Source of the DNA: a bacterium
GTDB taxonomy: Bacteria; RBG-13-61-14; DATKZS01
Reading direction: 5' to 3'
NCBI GenBank assembly: GCA_963674965.2
Contig: CAXXFL010000001.1
Location: forward strand, 832,001 to 896,000
Length of the DNA stretch: 64,000 bases
Shown here: positions 18,533 to 28,533 of the stretch, piece by piece
How positions within the stretch are numbered: position 1 is the first letter of the stretch
Layout of the letters: every line of letters begins with the position of its first letter
Translations under genes and position numbers: made by a program
The notes under the pieces: model-generated
Databases searched by the model: none
Seen by the model: the letters and a program-made list of their open reading frames with translations, nothing else
Told to the model about the DNA's origin: nothing

Positions 18533-19245
18533 TTGATACCCAGGACTTTCCTCTGGATGGCGAACAGATCGCCGATTCCCCCGGCCGCCAGTCCGATCAA
18601 TCGGTCGAGCTGGGCGCGGGAAAAGGGCTCACCTTCCGCCGTTCCCTGAATCTCGATCATCTTGCCCGATCCGGTCATGACTATATTCATGTCCACGTCG
18701 GCCGAGCTGTCCTTTTCATAATCCAGGTCCAGGACCGGCGCGCCCTTCCATATGCCCACGCTGATGGCCGCGCAAAGGTCGGTAATGGGAAAATTCTCGA
18801 TCTTGCCGCTTTTCACAAGGCTCCGGCAAGCGTCGTACAGGGCCACGAAGCCTCCGGTTATGGAGGCGCACCTGGTGCCGCCGTCGGCCTCGATCACGTC
18901 GCAGTCCACGATGATGGTATAGTTGTCGATGGCCTCGAGGTTGGTAACGGCCCGGAGGGACCGGCCGATAAGCCGCTGGATTTCCTGGGTCCGGCCCGAG
19001 ACGCTTCCTCTTTCGCGCCTGGTCCTGGTGCTGGTGGAACGCGGCAGGAGGCCGTACTCGGCCGTCACCCAGCCCCGGGCCTCGTTGCGCATCCACCTCG
19101 GCCTTCCCTCCTCGACGCTGGCCGCGCAAAGCACGCTGGTGCCGCCCATGGTGATTAGCGCGCTGCCCTCGGCGCTTTTAACGGCTTTCCGCTTGATCTT
19201 GGTGGGACGCATGGTCTCGAGGCCGGAGTTTTTTTTCTTTGTCAT
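18529..19245 (-). CDS. rph: Ribonuclease PH
   Basis: GWVTAEY, RTQEIQRLIGRSLR, ADGGTRCASITG, EIQGTAE. Confidence 0.96.
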   Translation of the reverse strand: MTKKKNSGLETMRPTKIKRKAVKSAEGSALITMGGTSVLCAASVEEGRPRWMRNEARGWVTAEYGLLPRSTSTRTRRERGSVSGRTQEIQRLIGRSLRAVTNLEAIDNYTIIVDCDVIEADGGTRCASITGGFVALYDACRSLVKSGKIENFPITDLCAAISVGIWKGAPVLDLDYEKDSSADVDMNIVMTGSGKMIEIQGTAEGEPFSRAQLDRLIGLAAGGIGDLFAIQRKVLGIK

Positions 19246-19254
19246 GAGTGGTCC

Positions 19255-20529
19255 TCAGGGAGTTGTCCCGGAGCCCAGTCCTCTCCTGGCGTTGGTCTGT
19301 TCGCGATACTGGAGAATGGCCTGGGCCAGGGCCTCGACTATCTTGTCCTGCGTCTCGGGGTCGGTAATAACCTGGGCCTCGAGGGGACTGGTGAGAAATC
19401 CAACCTCCACGAGCACCGCCGGCATGGCGGCGTCCATCAACACCTTGAAGGGAGCCTGCTTCACCCCCCGGTTCTCGGACTTCATTACCCGCGACATGTT
19501 GTCCTGGATCATCTCCGCCAGGCGCTCGGAGTCGGCCAAAGACTCGGTCTGGGCCATGTCGCCCAGGATGGCCTCGAGGTCGGTAAGCACCTCGCTGGGC
19601 GCGGCCGTGTCCCCGCCGATTTCCCGGTTCTCCCAGATGGCCAGTTCCTCGGCCGCCTTGTCCGAGGCCGTGAGGCTGGCGAAGAAGGTCTCGAAACCCT
19701 GGGCGCTAACGCGCCTGTACCCGTTGGCGTGGATGGACACGAAAACGTCGGCGCCCATCTGTTTGGCCTTGCGCGGACGGTTGGCCAGGGTAATAAAGAC
19801 GTCTTCCTCCCTGGTCATGGCGGCCTTGACTCCCGGCTCGCGCTCGAGCCTTACGCGGAGCTTTTTGCCAATGTCCAGGACCACGTCCTTTTCCTGGAGG
19901 CCCGAGGGGCCCTTGGCGCCGGGGTCATGCCCGCCGTGTCCCGGGTCGATAACGATCACGTCCACCGGGTTGCGGTCGGGTGAATCGGGGACGGGAACGG
20001 CGGGGGCCGCGGCCACAACCGCCGGAGAAGGCGCGGCGGGGTCCTCGGGCGTTGTCCCTTTTTTGAACAGCCCCGGAAAAAGCGCGTTTTTCTGCACGCC
20101 CACCTCGGTCCCGTCGTAAAGAAGACGGACCTCTTTTCCCAGGGCCTTTGCCACCAGGGAGGTGTAGACCTCGCCCGGTATATAGACCTTCTCGCCTATC
20201 CAGATGGGAGCGTGCCGGAGATTTAAGTCCGACGAGCCGTAACTGGCGCGCTTGCCCGCGGTCTCGACGAATATCAGGCCTTTTTCCGTCTTGATAAAGG
20301 CGACCTTGCTGGAGGGGTCGGAAAAACAGGACAACTCGAGGGCCGCGCAAGAGTCGGCCAGGGGAAGAAAGACGGCGTCTCCCACCACCTGGAAGTCGGT
20401 GAATGAATGGACCAGACGATTGTCCACCCTCAGTTGAAGCTCCTTGGGGGCCTTTTCATCGGCCAGAGCGAAAACACCCGAAACCACAAGCAACGCCGCG
20501 ACGGCCGCGAAGAAAAATGGCTTTCTCAT
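19255..20529 (-). CDS. N-acetylmuramoyl-L-alanine amidase (Amidase_3) with N-terminal stalk domain
   Basis: Signal peptide; IDPGHGGHDPGA, EKD, FVSIHAN, LVEVGF. Confidence 0.92.
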   Translation of the reverse strand: MRKPFFFAAVAALLVVSGVFALADEKAPKELQLRVDNRLVHSFTDFQVVGDAVFLPLADSCAALELSCFSDPSSKVAFIKTEKGLIFVETAGKRASYGSSDLNLRHAPIWIGEKVYIPGEVYTSLVAKALGKEVRLLYDGTEVGVQKNALFPGLFKKGTTPEDPAAPSPAVVAAAPAVPVPDSPDRNPVDVIVIDPGHGGHDPGAKGPSGLQEKDVVLDIGKKLRVRLEREPGVKAAMTREEDVFITLANRPRKAKQMGADVFVSIHANGYRRVSAQGFETFFASLTASDKAAEELAIWENREIGGDTAAPSEVLTDLEAILGDMAQTESLADSERLAEMIQDNMSRVMKSENRGVKQAPFKVLMDAAMPAVLVEVGFLTSPLEAQVITDPETQDKIVEALAQAILQYREQTNARRGLGSGTTP

Positions 20530-20587
20530 ATGGAATATTTTATCACGGCCTCGCCGAGCGAAAAACACGGCGTCTTGCGAGGTCGGG

Positions 20588-20625
20588 GTTGACGCTCAGT
20601 TGACGCTCAGTTGACGAAGTTGACC
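20588..20625. repeat. Short tandem repeat GTTGACGCTCA x2 plus two partial GTTGAC units
   Basis: GTTGACGCTCA GTTGACGCTCA GTTGACGAA GTTGACC spanning the stop codon of the radical SAM gene. Confidence 0.7.
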
Positions 20626-21590
20626 TTGTTCTTGCAGCTCGAGCAGGAGTCTCCCGAGAGCGATCCGATTTTCGTCCTGTAGCCCGACCTGGAGACGAGG
20701 ACGGCCCCGCAATTCGGGCAGATCGAGTCGCTTCCCTCCTCGAGAACGACGTTGCCCAGGTAGACGTAATTGAGCCTGGCCTTGGCGATCTCGTAAGCCC
20801 GCAGCATGGTCTTGGCGGGGGTGGCCGGGTTTTTCATCTTGTACATGGGACGGTAGGCCGAGAAGTGTAGGGGAAGGTCCGGCGAGACGGAGTGGATGAA
20901 ATCGACCAACTCGGCAATGTCCTCGTCCGAGTCGTTTTCGCCGGTCACGATCAAATTGGTAACCTCGACCAGGCAGTCCCCGGCCGCCCGCTCGATGGTT
21001 TTCATCACCGGCTTCACCCCTCCCCCGCAAAGGCGCCTGTAGAAGCCGTCGCGGATGGATTTAAGGTCAACGTTCATGGCGTCTATATAAGGAAGAATCT
21101 CCTCGAGGGGCTCGGGGTTATAGTAGCCGTTCGTCACCAGCACGGCGCCTATGCCCTTTTCCCTGGAAAGCCTCGCCGCGTCGATCACGAACTCGAAGTT
21201 TACGTAGGGCTCGTTATAAGTGTAGGCGATGGACCCCGATCCCTGACGCTCGGCCGCCGCGACGATATCCTTGGGATCGGCCCCGTCCGTCCTGACCTTT
21301 CCGTCCCAAAGGTGGTAATTCTGGCAAAAGTCGCAGGAGAAGTTGCATCCCACCGTGCCCACCGAAAGTATGCTCGAGCCCGGATGGTAATGATATAGCG
21401 GCTTTTTCTCGATGGGGTCCATGGCCAGGGCCGAGACCTCGCCGTAGCGCGAGGCGTAAAGGACGCCGCCCTGGTTCAGCTTATTTCCGCAAAGGCCCGT
21501 TTTTCCTTCCTTGATCATGCACAGGCGTGGGCAAAGAAGGCACCTTGTCTTTCCCTCTTCTTTTTTCTCCCAATACCTGGCTTCCTTCAT
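20607..21590 (-). CDS. amrS: AmmeMemoRadiSam system radical SAM enzyme
   Basis: CLLCPRLC, DPIEKKPLYHY, CNFSCDFCQN, AYTYNEP, C-terminal CxxC pairs. Confidence 0.92.
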   Translation of the reverse strand: MKEARYWEKKEEGKTRCLLCPRLCMIKEGKTGLCGNKLNQGGVLYASRYGEVSALAMDPIEKKPLYHYHPGSSILSVGTVGCNFSCDFCQNYHLWDGKVRTDGADPKDIVAAAERQGSGSIAYTYNEPYVNFEFVIDAARLSREKGIGAVLVTNGYYNPEPLEEILPYIDAMNVDLKSIRDGFYRRLCGGGVKPVMKTIERAAGDCLVEVTNLIVTGENDSDEDIAELVDFIHSVSPDLPLHFSAYRPMYKMKNPATPAKTMLRAYEIAKARLNYVYLGNVVLEEGSDSICPNCGAVLVSRSGYRTKIGSLSGDSCSSCKNKVNFVN

Positions 21591-21626
21591 GCGGGGCCTC
21601 TTTAAATTCCAAGACCTGTTTTCGAG

Positions 21627-22721
21627 TCAGGCGAAACTCGAGGCCAGCTCGGCGTGCTCGGCTCGTCCGATTACCCGGGCCAGGTCTTCTCTTGGCGGAG
21701 GTTTTTCCATGAGGAACCTCTCCTTCATGGACAGGACCCTTTTCACCGCCATGGCCGTCTGGGCGTATCCCAGAATTCCCTGCTTGATTCCCTCGATGAT
21801 GGTCTCTCTCACCTCGGCGGCCTTTTCCATTCCGCTGACGGCGAGGAGCAGGTCGCACCCCGACCGTACGGCCTGGAAGGTCGCGTCCTGGGTGTTCATG
21901 TACTTGGACAGGGCTCCCATCTCGAGGGCGTCGGTCACAATGACCGAGTCGAACCCCATCTCGTGTCTCAGGAGGTCGGTAAGGATGGTCTTCGAGTGCG
22001 TGGCGGGATAGTACTTGTCCAGTTCTTTATAGCGGACGTGGGCGGTCATGATCATGGGTACCTTGGCCTCGACGGCGGCCTCGAAGGGTACCAGCTCGCG
22101 CCGGTCGAGGGTCTCGCGGTCGGCCAGGACCTCGGGGAGGTCCAAGTGGGAGTCAACCCCCGTGTCTCCGTGCCCGGGAAAATGCTTGCCGCAGCAGATG
22201 ATGCCCGCCTCGTTAAAGGCCTCGATCATGGCCGCGCCCAGGCGGGCCACCCGGTTGGCGTCGGAACTGAAGCTGCGGTCGCCGATGATGGGGTTGGCCG
22301 GGTTCGAGTCCACGTCGAGGACCGGCGCGAAGTTGACGTTGATACCCGCGGCCATGAGCTCGGCCGCCATGGCCTTGGCCACGGCCCTGGCCTTCCTCGA
22401 GTCGCCCTTCCTCTCGAGGTCCCGCGCCGAGGGCCAGGCGGTGAAAGGAGGTGACAGATGATTGACCCGCCCACCCTCGTGATCGATGGATATGATGGGC
22501 GGAAGGGTCGACGCCCGCCTTATACCGTCGGTAAGGTCGCGTATTTCCTCCGGCGTTCCCAGGTTCTTGCGAAAAAGGATCACGCCGGAAACCAGGCCCT
22601 TGGACAGGGCCTTCTCGACCTCGGACGGCAACGTCTTGCCCTCGAAGCCGGCCACCACCATCTGGCCGGCCATGATCTCGGGGTCCATTTCCATTTCCAG
22701 CATTTTCGGTTTGGCGCCCAT
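21627..22721 (-). CDS. nagZ: Beta-N-acetylhexosaminidase (GH3)
   Basis: IDHEGGRV, APVLDV, KHFPGHGD.VDSH, TDALEM. Confidence 0.93.
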   Translation of the reverse strand: MGAKPKMLEMEMDPEIMAGQMVVAGFEGKTLPSEVEKALSKGLVSGVILFRKNLGTPEEIRDLTDGIRRASTLPPIISIDHEGGRVNHLSPPFTAWPSARDLERKGDSRKARAVAKAMAAELMAAGINVNFAPVLDVDSNPANPIIGDRSFSSDANRVARLGAAMIEAFNEAGIICCGKHFPGHGDTGVDSHLDLPEVLADRETLDRRELVPFEAAVEAKVPMIMTAHVRYKELDKYYPATHSKTILTDLLRHEMGFDSVIVTDALEMGALSKYMNTQDATFQAVRSGCDLLLAVSGMEKAAEVRETIIEGIKQGILGYAQTAMAVKRVLSMKERFLMEKPPPREDLARVIGRAEHAELASSFA

Positions 22722-22939
22722 GGCTCACCTCCTGTGTAAAGCATATCCGAGACGGGAGCCAATGCAAATGGATAGAGGAAAAAAATCGGGAAATCTTCCC
22801 GAGTACAATCGGCCATTCTCGACCCTCGAATCGATAAATCAATAAAACCTTTGCGGCCTTGCCCCGTTTGATCTATCTTAGATCGCGTCGCCAATTGCTT
22901 TGGCGAAGAAAAAGTCAACCGATCAAGAGGAGAGGATAA

Positions 22940-24862
22940 ATGTCTAAAAAGAGCTTGAAAAAGGCTTTTTTGCTTCTGGCCGCCCTGCCGGTGGCCTTTG
23001 GCTTATTATTTATACAAGCAAGCGGGGCCGTGGACCTCGAGAAGGCGGCGGCCGACCAGATCAAGGCGGCCAAGGAAGCTATCGCCAAGGCTAAAAAGGC
23101 GGAGGCGGAAAAATTCGCCTCCGACGCCCTCAAGGAGGCCGAAGAGCTTCTCGATGAAGCCCAGGAACTATTTAATGAAGGCGATTACGAGCGGGCCGAG
23201 GTGGTGGCCCTCTCCGCCGAAATCCAGGCGGAACGCGCCATGGAGATGGCGGCCCTGGCCAAGGAGCGCGGCGAGGAGTCCGACGAGGAAATGCTCATGA
23301 TGAGCAAGACGTCTCCCTCTCCCTCCGCTCCTCCGCCTCCTTCTCCTTCCCCCAGGCCCAGGAAAATGGCGAAAAAGCCGATGGTGACCATAGGGGGAGG
23401 AGCGATAATGGGCTCGGTACCTCCTCCTTCCTCGGCGTATCAGCCGGCCCACGGCGGGACCCGTCCGCCCAACAACGCGGCTTACGACGCCATGTTCTTC
23501 GAGACCCACGGGGTCAACCCCTTCATCGACGCCGAGGACGACCATTTGTCCACCTTTGCCGTGGACGTGGACACGGGAAGCTACACCATCTGCCGCAAGT
23601 ACATATTCGACGGGAACCTTCCCCCCAAGGAGGCGGTCCGGGTCGAGGAGTTCGTGAACTATTTCAAATACGACTACAAAAAGCCCGACGCCGAGGCTTT
23701 CAGCGTCAACCTGGAGGGAGGCCCGAGCAACTTCGGCGGCGCGCGGCACGAGATGCTTCGCGTGGGCATTCAGGGCAAGGAGGTCAAGCCGGAGGACCGC
23801 AAGAGCGCCTCCCTGGTTTTCGTGATCGACGTCTCGGGGAGCATGGACCGGGAGAACCGGCTGGGCCTGGTCAAGAAGACCCTTCGCGTCCTGGTGGACC
23901 AGCTCGAGAAGGGCGACGAGGTGGGCATAGTGATTTACGGATCTCGGGCCGAGGTGGTTCTCGAGCCAACCGGAATCAAGGACAAGCAAAAGATCATCGA
24001 CGCCATCGAGAAGCTGGGCCCGGGAGGGGCCACCAACGCCGAGGCGGGAATATATCTTGCCTACCAAATGGCGGCCGAGTCCTTCAAGCCCGGGGGCATC
24101 AACCGGGTCATCCTTTGCTCCGACGGCGTGGCCAACGTGGGCGAGACGGGCGCCGATGAGATTTTAAAGAGGATCGAGCGTTACGCGGACAAGGGCGTCA
24201 CTTTAACCACCGTGGGCTTTGGCATGGGCAACTACAACGACGTGATGATGGAGAAGCTGGCGGACAAGGGCGACGGCCAGTACGCCTACGTTGACAACCT
24301 GTCCGAGGCCAGGCGGGTGTTCGTCGAGAACCTGACCGGGACCCTCCAGGTCATCGCCAAGGACGTCAAGGTCCAGGTGGACTTCAATCCCGAGGTGGTC
24401 CAGAGTTACCGCCTCCTGGGCTACGAGAACCGGGACGTGGCCGACGAGGACTTCAGGAACGACAAGGTGGACGCGGGCGAGATCGGCTCGGGCCACCAGG
24501 TGACGGCCCTTTACGAGATCAAGTTCCACAAGGACGGCAAGCCCGGCAAGGTGGCCGACGTTTACATCAGATACAAAAGCCCCGACCGGGAGGAGAGGGT
24601 AAAGGAAGTAAAGCGGGGTATCGAGAAGTCCGAGTTCAAGTCCGACTTCGAGAAGACCGACGCCGACCTCCGCCTGGCGGCCTCGGTGGCCGAGTTCTCC
24701 GAGATTTTGCGCAAGAGCTACTGGGCCAAGGACGGCAAGCTCGAGGACGTAATGGCCGCCCTGCAGGGACTCCCGGCCGAAAGAAGGTCGAGCGCCGACG
24801 TGATCGAGCTTATCGACCTGGTGAGCAAGGCGAAAAAAATTCAGGAAGCGAACCCGGAATAA
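22940..24862 (+). CDS. Secreted VWA-domain protein (YfbK-like) with N-terminal helical (DUF4398-like) domain and Pro-rich linker
   Basis: STFAVDVDTGSY, RVEEFVNYF, MIDAS DVSGS, SDGVANVG, YRLLGYENR, DAGEIGSGH. Confidence 0.9.
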   Translation: MSKKSLKKAFLLLAALPVAFGLLFIQASGAVDLEKAAADQIKAAKEAIAKAKKAEAEKFASDALKEAEELLDEAQELFNEGDYERAEVVALSAEIQAERAMEMAALAKERGEESDEEMLMMSKTSPSPSAPPPPSPSPRPRKMAKKPMVTIGGGAIMGSVPPPSSAYQPAHGGTRPPNNAAYDAMFFETHGVNPFIDAEDDHLSTFAVDVDTGSYTICRKYIFDGNLPPKEAVRVEEFVNYFKYDYKKPDAEAFSVNLEGGPSNFGGARHEMLRVGIQGKEVKPEDRKSASLVFVIDVSGSMDRENRLGLVKKTLRVLVDQLEKGDEVGIVIYGSRAEVVLEPTGIKDKQKIIDAIEKLGPGGATNAEAGIYLAYQMAAESFKPGGINRVILCSDGVANVGETGADEILKRIERYADKGVTLTTVGFGMGNYNDVMMEKLADKGDGQYAYVDNLSEARRVFVENLTGTLQVIAKDVKVQVDFNPEVVQSYRLLGYENRDVADEDFRNDKVDAGEIGSGHQVTALYEIKFHKDGKPGKVADVYIRYKSPDREERVKEVKRGIEKSEFKSDFEKTDADLRLAASVAEFSEILRKSYWAKDGKLEDVMAALQGLPAERRSSADVIELIDLVSKAKKIQEANPE

Positions 24863-24881
24863 TACAAGACAGCGCACCGTG

Positions 24882-24911
24882 AGGGCGGCCCTGGCGCCGC
24901 CCTTTTTTTTC
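24882..24911 (+). terminator. Rho-independent terminator
   Basis: AGGGCGGC/GCCGCCCT stem followed by a T-run, just after the VWA gene. Confidence 0.8.
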
Positions 24912-24932
24912 GCTCAACGCGATCGGAAAGAG

Positions 24933-25664
24933 TTACTCTTTTCTCTCGTAGAGCCTTTGGGCGATAAAGGAAGCGGCCGTCTCGGGCAGGCATCCTTTTC
25001 CGAAGCCGGCGTCAAATCCCATTTCCAGCGCGATTTTATGGGTTATCCGGGGGCCTCCCAGCAGCAAAATAAATCTTCCTTTAAGGCCCATCTTTTCGAT
25101 TTCCTCCTGGAAGTCCCTGAGGTTGACAAGATGCGCGTCCTTTTGGGTCACCGTCTGCGAGACCAGCACCGCGTCGGCCCCCAGCTCGACCGCTTTGTTT
25201 AACAGCTCCCGGTTGGGGACCTGCGCCCCCAGGTTGTGGGCCTCGATCATAGGATACCTCTCGAGGCCGTAATGCCGGTCGTATCCCTTCATGTTCATGA
25301 TGGCGTCGATGCCCACGGTGTGGGCGTCGAACCCCGTGCAGGCCCCTACCACCACCAGCTTCCTTTCGATCTTCTCCTTGATAAAAGCGTTGACCTCGTG
25401 GAAGTCCATGGACCTCTCGTAGAGTCCGGGGTCCATCTCGACCTCGTCCGGGTCTATGCTTACGTTTGTCCATCCATAGGCCACGAACATGGTGAAGCCC
25501 TCCATGAGGGGGGACGCGTGAGCCACCTCGCACGACTCGAATCCCAGCCTTAGCACGTACTCCCTGGCCACCTCCACCGCCTTTCCCGAGGCGTCCAGAG
25601 GAAGAGTAAAGGAGAGCTGGACCGCGCCGTCGTTCAACCTGTCTCCATAGGGTCTTATCAACAT
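24933..25664 (-). CDS. kamE: Lysine 5,6-aminomutase beta subunit (B12-binding)
   Basis: PYGD..NDG.VQLSFTLP dimerisation domain; DAHTVGIDAIMNMKG (B12 His, PLP Lys); SQTVTQ. Confidence 0.95.
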   Translation of the reverse strand: MLIRPYGDRLNDGAVQLSFTLPLDASGKAVEVAREYVLRLGFESCEVAHASPLMEGFTMFVAYGWTNVSIDPDEVEMDPGLYERSMDFHEVNAFIKEKIERKLVVVGACTGFDAHTVGIDAIMNMKGYDRHYGLERYPMIEAHNLGAQVPNRELLNKAVELGADAVLVSQTVTQKDAHLVNLRDFQEEIEKMGLKGRFILLLGGPRITHKIALEMGFDAGFGKGCLPETAASFIAQRLYERKE

Positions 25665-25666
25665 GA

Positions 25667-27262
25667 CTAATCCCCTCCTTTCCCGTCAGCTTGAAACAAC
25701 TCCGACTCGAGGGCGTCCTGTATGGGGTTCCAGTAGTCATCGGCTTTTTCGATCACGCCTTCAAGACCCTTGCCTCCGTCCGGCTTTCTTTTCACGTCGG
25801 CGAACAGGCCCTCCTCGATGGCGGCGAAAAGTCCCGACTCGGCCACCCTCTCGAGGAACTCGGCGGCCATGTCCAAAACCAGGGCCGCTCGTTTCGCGAT
25901 GACGCCGTCCTTTTTATACTCGATCTCGTCACCCAGCGAGGAGGCGGCCTTCATCACCAGCCGCGCGTTGTCAATGGCCAGGAACCTGTCCTGCATAGAC
26001 GGAGTATGGACCGCCTCGGTTAGCATGCCAAGCAGGTGAATCGACTGGCCCGAGATTTTCGAGACGAGGTTGAACATGGAGTTCATGACCAGGCCCCGAA
26101 ACACGTCGCCGGTCATGTGCTTGGTGGGCGGCATATACTTAAGGGGCGACTTGGGAAAAATATCTCTAGCCATCTGGGCCTGGGCCAGCTCGTATAAAAG
26201 TGAGTTCTCGATCTCCGGATTGATCTCGTAGGCGTGGCCGAGGCCGATCAAGGAATGGTCGAGGCCCGCGTCCAGGGCCAGCCTCTCATTGATGAACTGG
26301 GACGCCAGCACCACGTGGGCGGCCTCGAGGGCGTCCGAGGTGGTCAGGTAGTTGTCCTCCCCGGTGTTGATGACCTCACCGGACAGGGCGTTCACCATCC
26401 GGGCGAAATGCTGGTCCACGAAGGTCCGGTAAACGTTTATGTCGCGAAACAGCACGCCGTACATGGCGTCGTTGAGCACCATGTCGAGCCGCTCGAGGGA
26501 GGCCATAACCGCTATCTCGGGCATGCAAAGTCCCGAGCAATAATTGACCAGCCTCACGTATTTCCCGATCTCGTCGCCCGCCTCATCGAGGGCTTGGCGC
26601 ATTACGCGGAAATTCTCCTGGGTGGCGTACGTGCCTCCAAAGCCCTCGGTGGTCGGCCCGTAAGGAACGTAATCCAGAAGGCTCTGGGCCGTGGACCGGA
26701 TGACCGCTATAACGTCCGCCTCCTGCAGCGCGGCGGCCCGGGCCTGTTTGGCGTCCTCGTAAACGTTGCCCGTGGCCACGATCACGTAAAGGAGTGGAGA
26801 GTTCTCCCGCTCCGACCTCTCGCTTATTTTCTTTGCTCGAAAAGCCAAGTTGTCCTTTACCCTCTTGCAATAGGCCCGAGTAAGTTCCCCGGCTTTTCGC
26901 TCGACTCCCGCCTTATCCACTACTCCCGCCCTAGAGAGCTCGTATCCCGAGGCCAGCTTCAGATTCATCTCCTCCACCGTCCATCCGGTCTCAACCAGCG
27001 CTCCGACGTAATACCTGGCGGCCCCTTTTCCCAGCTCGCCTTTGACGCTATCCACGGCCAGGTTGGGCACGGGAACGCCGTCGCCGCTCGCGCCGTCCGC
27101 TCCCAGCGCCCGCAAGGTTGACCGCTCGATGGAAATAGTCGTGTGAATCGATATGTACTCGTGGATGGGCGCGGCGATCCGGCGGGCGCACTCTCTCGCC
27201 CTGGCGATCTTTTCCGCGTCCAGCCCCAGCCTGCCCGCAGCTTCTTGTAATTCCTGACCCAT
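25667..27262 (-). CDS. kamD: Lysine 5,6-aminomutase alpha subunit
   Basis: YVIVATGN, AVIRSTAQSLLDYVPYG, NYCSGLCMPE, YMPPTKHM. Confidence 0.95.
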   Translation of the reverse strand: MGQELQEAAGRLGLDAEKIARARECARRIAAPIHEYISIHTTISIERSTLRALGADGASGDGVPVPNLAVDSVKGELGKGAARYYVGALVETGWTVEEMNLKLASGYELSRAGVVDKAGVERKAGELTRAYCKRVKDNLAFRAKKISERSERENSPLLYVIVATGNVYEDAKQARAAALQEADVIAVIRSTAQSLLDYVPYGPTTEGFGGTYATQENFRVMRQALDEAGDEIGKYVRLVNYCSGLCMPEIAVMASLERLDMVLNDAMYGVLFRDINVYRTFVDQHFARMVNALSGEVINTGEDNYLTTSDALEAAHVVLASQFINERLALDAGLDHSLIGLGHAYEINPEIENSLLYELAQAQMARDIFPKSPLKYMPPTKHMTGDVFRGLVMNSMFNLVSKISGQSIHLLGMLTEAVHTPSMQDRFLAIDNARLVMKAASSLGDEIEYKKDGVIAKRAALVLDMAAEFLERVAESGLFAAIEEGLFADVKRKPDGGKGLEGVIEKADDYWNPIQDALESELFQADGKGGD

Positions 27263-27266
27263 GTTT

Positions 27267-28532
27267 TTATCCTCGCGGTGGATGTCTCCTTTGCAGGCCC
27301 GCCGGCTCGAGCAGGCGCTTGCCGTCGATCAGGCATTTGGCCACCCCGTCCAGCGGCTCGTACAGGGCGTCCCGGCAAAGCTCGCACCAGCACTCGGAGT
27401 AGACGTTCTCGGGCTGGGAATAGCTGGTAATTACTCCCTCGTAGTTGCGGAGCACCACTCGTTTATCGGACCAGGACAGGATGTAGTCCGGCATGAGGGG
27501 AATCTTGCCGCCGCCGCCAGGGGCGTCCACCACGAAGGTGGGCACGGCCATGCCCGTGGTGTGGCCGCGGAGGTTCTCGATGATCTCGATGCCCTTGGCG
27601 ATGGAGGTCCGGAAATGGGAGATGCCCCGTGACAGGTCGCACTGATAGATGTAGTAAGGCTTCACCCGAATGGCCAGAAGGTCCTGCACCAGGCGCTTCA
27701 TGATGCGCGGGCAGTCGTTCACGTCGCGCAGGAGCACGCTCTGGTTCCCCAGCGGAACCCCGCCGTCGGCCAGCATGGCGCAGGCGCGGGCCGACTCCTC
27801 GGTGATCTCCTTGTAATGGTTGAAATGGGTGTTGACGAAAACTGGGTGATGACGCCGGATGGTCTTTACGAGAGACTCCGTTATCCTTTGCGGCATGACC
27901 ACGGGGGTACGCGTGCCTATTCTGACGATCTCGACGTGCTCGATCTTCCTCAACTCGCCCAGTATCCAGTCTATCGCCTCGTCCGACATGACGAGCGGGT
28001 CACCGCCCGAGAGCAGAACGTCCCGCACCTCGGGCGTCTTCCTAATATAATCGAGGCCCGCCTCGAGGGACTCCCTGGTAAGATGGTGGTCCTCGGACCC
28101 GACCAGGCGACGACGCGTGCAATGACGGCAATACATCGAGCAACGATTGGTCACGAGAAACAACACCCGGTCCGGGTACCTGTGAATGACGCCGGGGGCT
28201 GGAGAGTCCAGGTCCTCATGCAGAGGATCGTCCATGTCGTCCTCGTCATAAGCGGTCTCCCTGACGCTGGGGACCGCCTGGAGACGGACGGAGCAAAGTC
28301 TGTATTCTCTGTCCATAAGAGAAGCGTAATAGGGCGTTATGGCCATCCGGAAGCGACCAAGACACTTTTTCACGTCCTCCTTCTCCTTATCGTCAAGCTC
28401 GATGATTTCGCCTAAGGTCTCCACGTCGCGGATGCGGTTTTTAAGCTGCCAATGCCAGTCGTTCCATTCCTCGGGCTTCACGTCACGGTAAGGCGGGAGC
28501 GCCTTGTAATCGACCGATGGAAATTTTTTCAT
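27267..28532 (-). CDS. kamA: L-lysine 2,3-aminomutase (radical SAM/PLP)
   Basis: WNDWHWQ, HRYPDR, CSMYCRHCTRRR, PGGGGKIP, C-terminal Zn Cys (CWCELC). Confidence 0.97.
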   Translation of the reverse strand: MKKFPSVDYKALPPYRDVKPEEWNDWHWQLKNRIRDVETLGEIIELDDKEKEDVKKCLGRFRMAITPYYASLMDREYRLCSVRLQAVPSVRETAYDEDDMDDPLHEDLDSPAPGVIHRYPDRVLFLVTNRCSMYCRHCTRRRLVGSEDHHLTRESLEAGLDYIRKTPEVRDVLLSGGDPLVMSDEAIDWILGELRKIEHVEIVRIGTRTPVVMPQRITESLVKTIRRHHPVFVNTHFNHYKEITEESARACAMLADGGVPLGNQSVLLRDVNDCPRIMKRLVQDLLAIRVKPYYIYQCDLSRGISHFRTSIAKGIEIIENLRGHTTGMAVPTFVVDAPGGGGKIPLMPDYILSWSDKRVVLRNYEGVITSYSQPENVYSECWCELCRDALYEPLDGVAKCLIDGKRLLEPAGLQRRHPPRG

Positions 28533-28533
28533 C

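Noticed and set aside
20588-20625. CRISPR array
   Set aside because: Units are 11 bp with no spacers and no cas genes; no CRISPR-like array seen elsewhere
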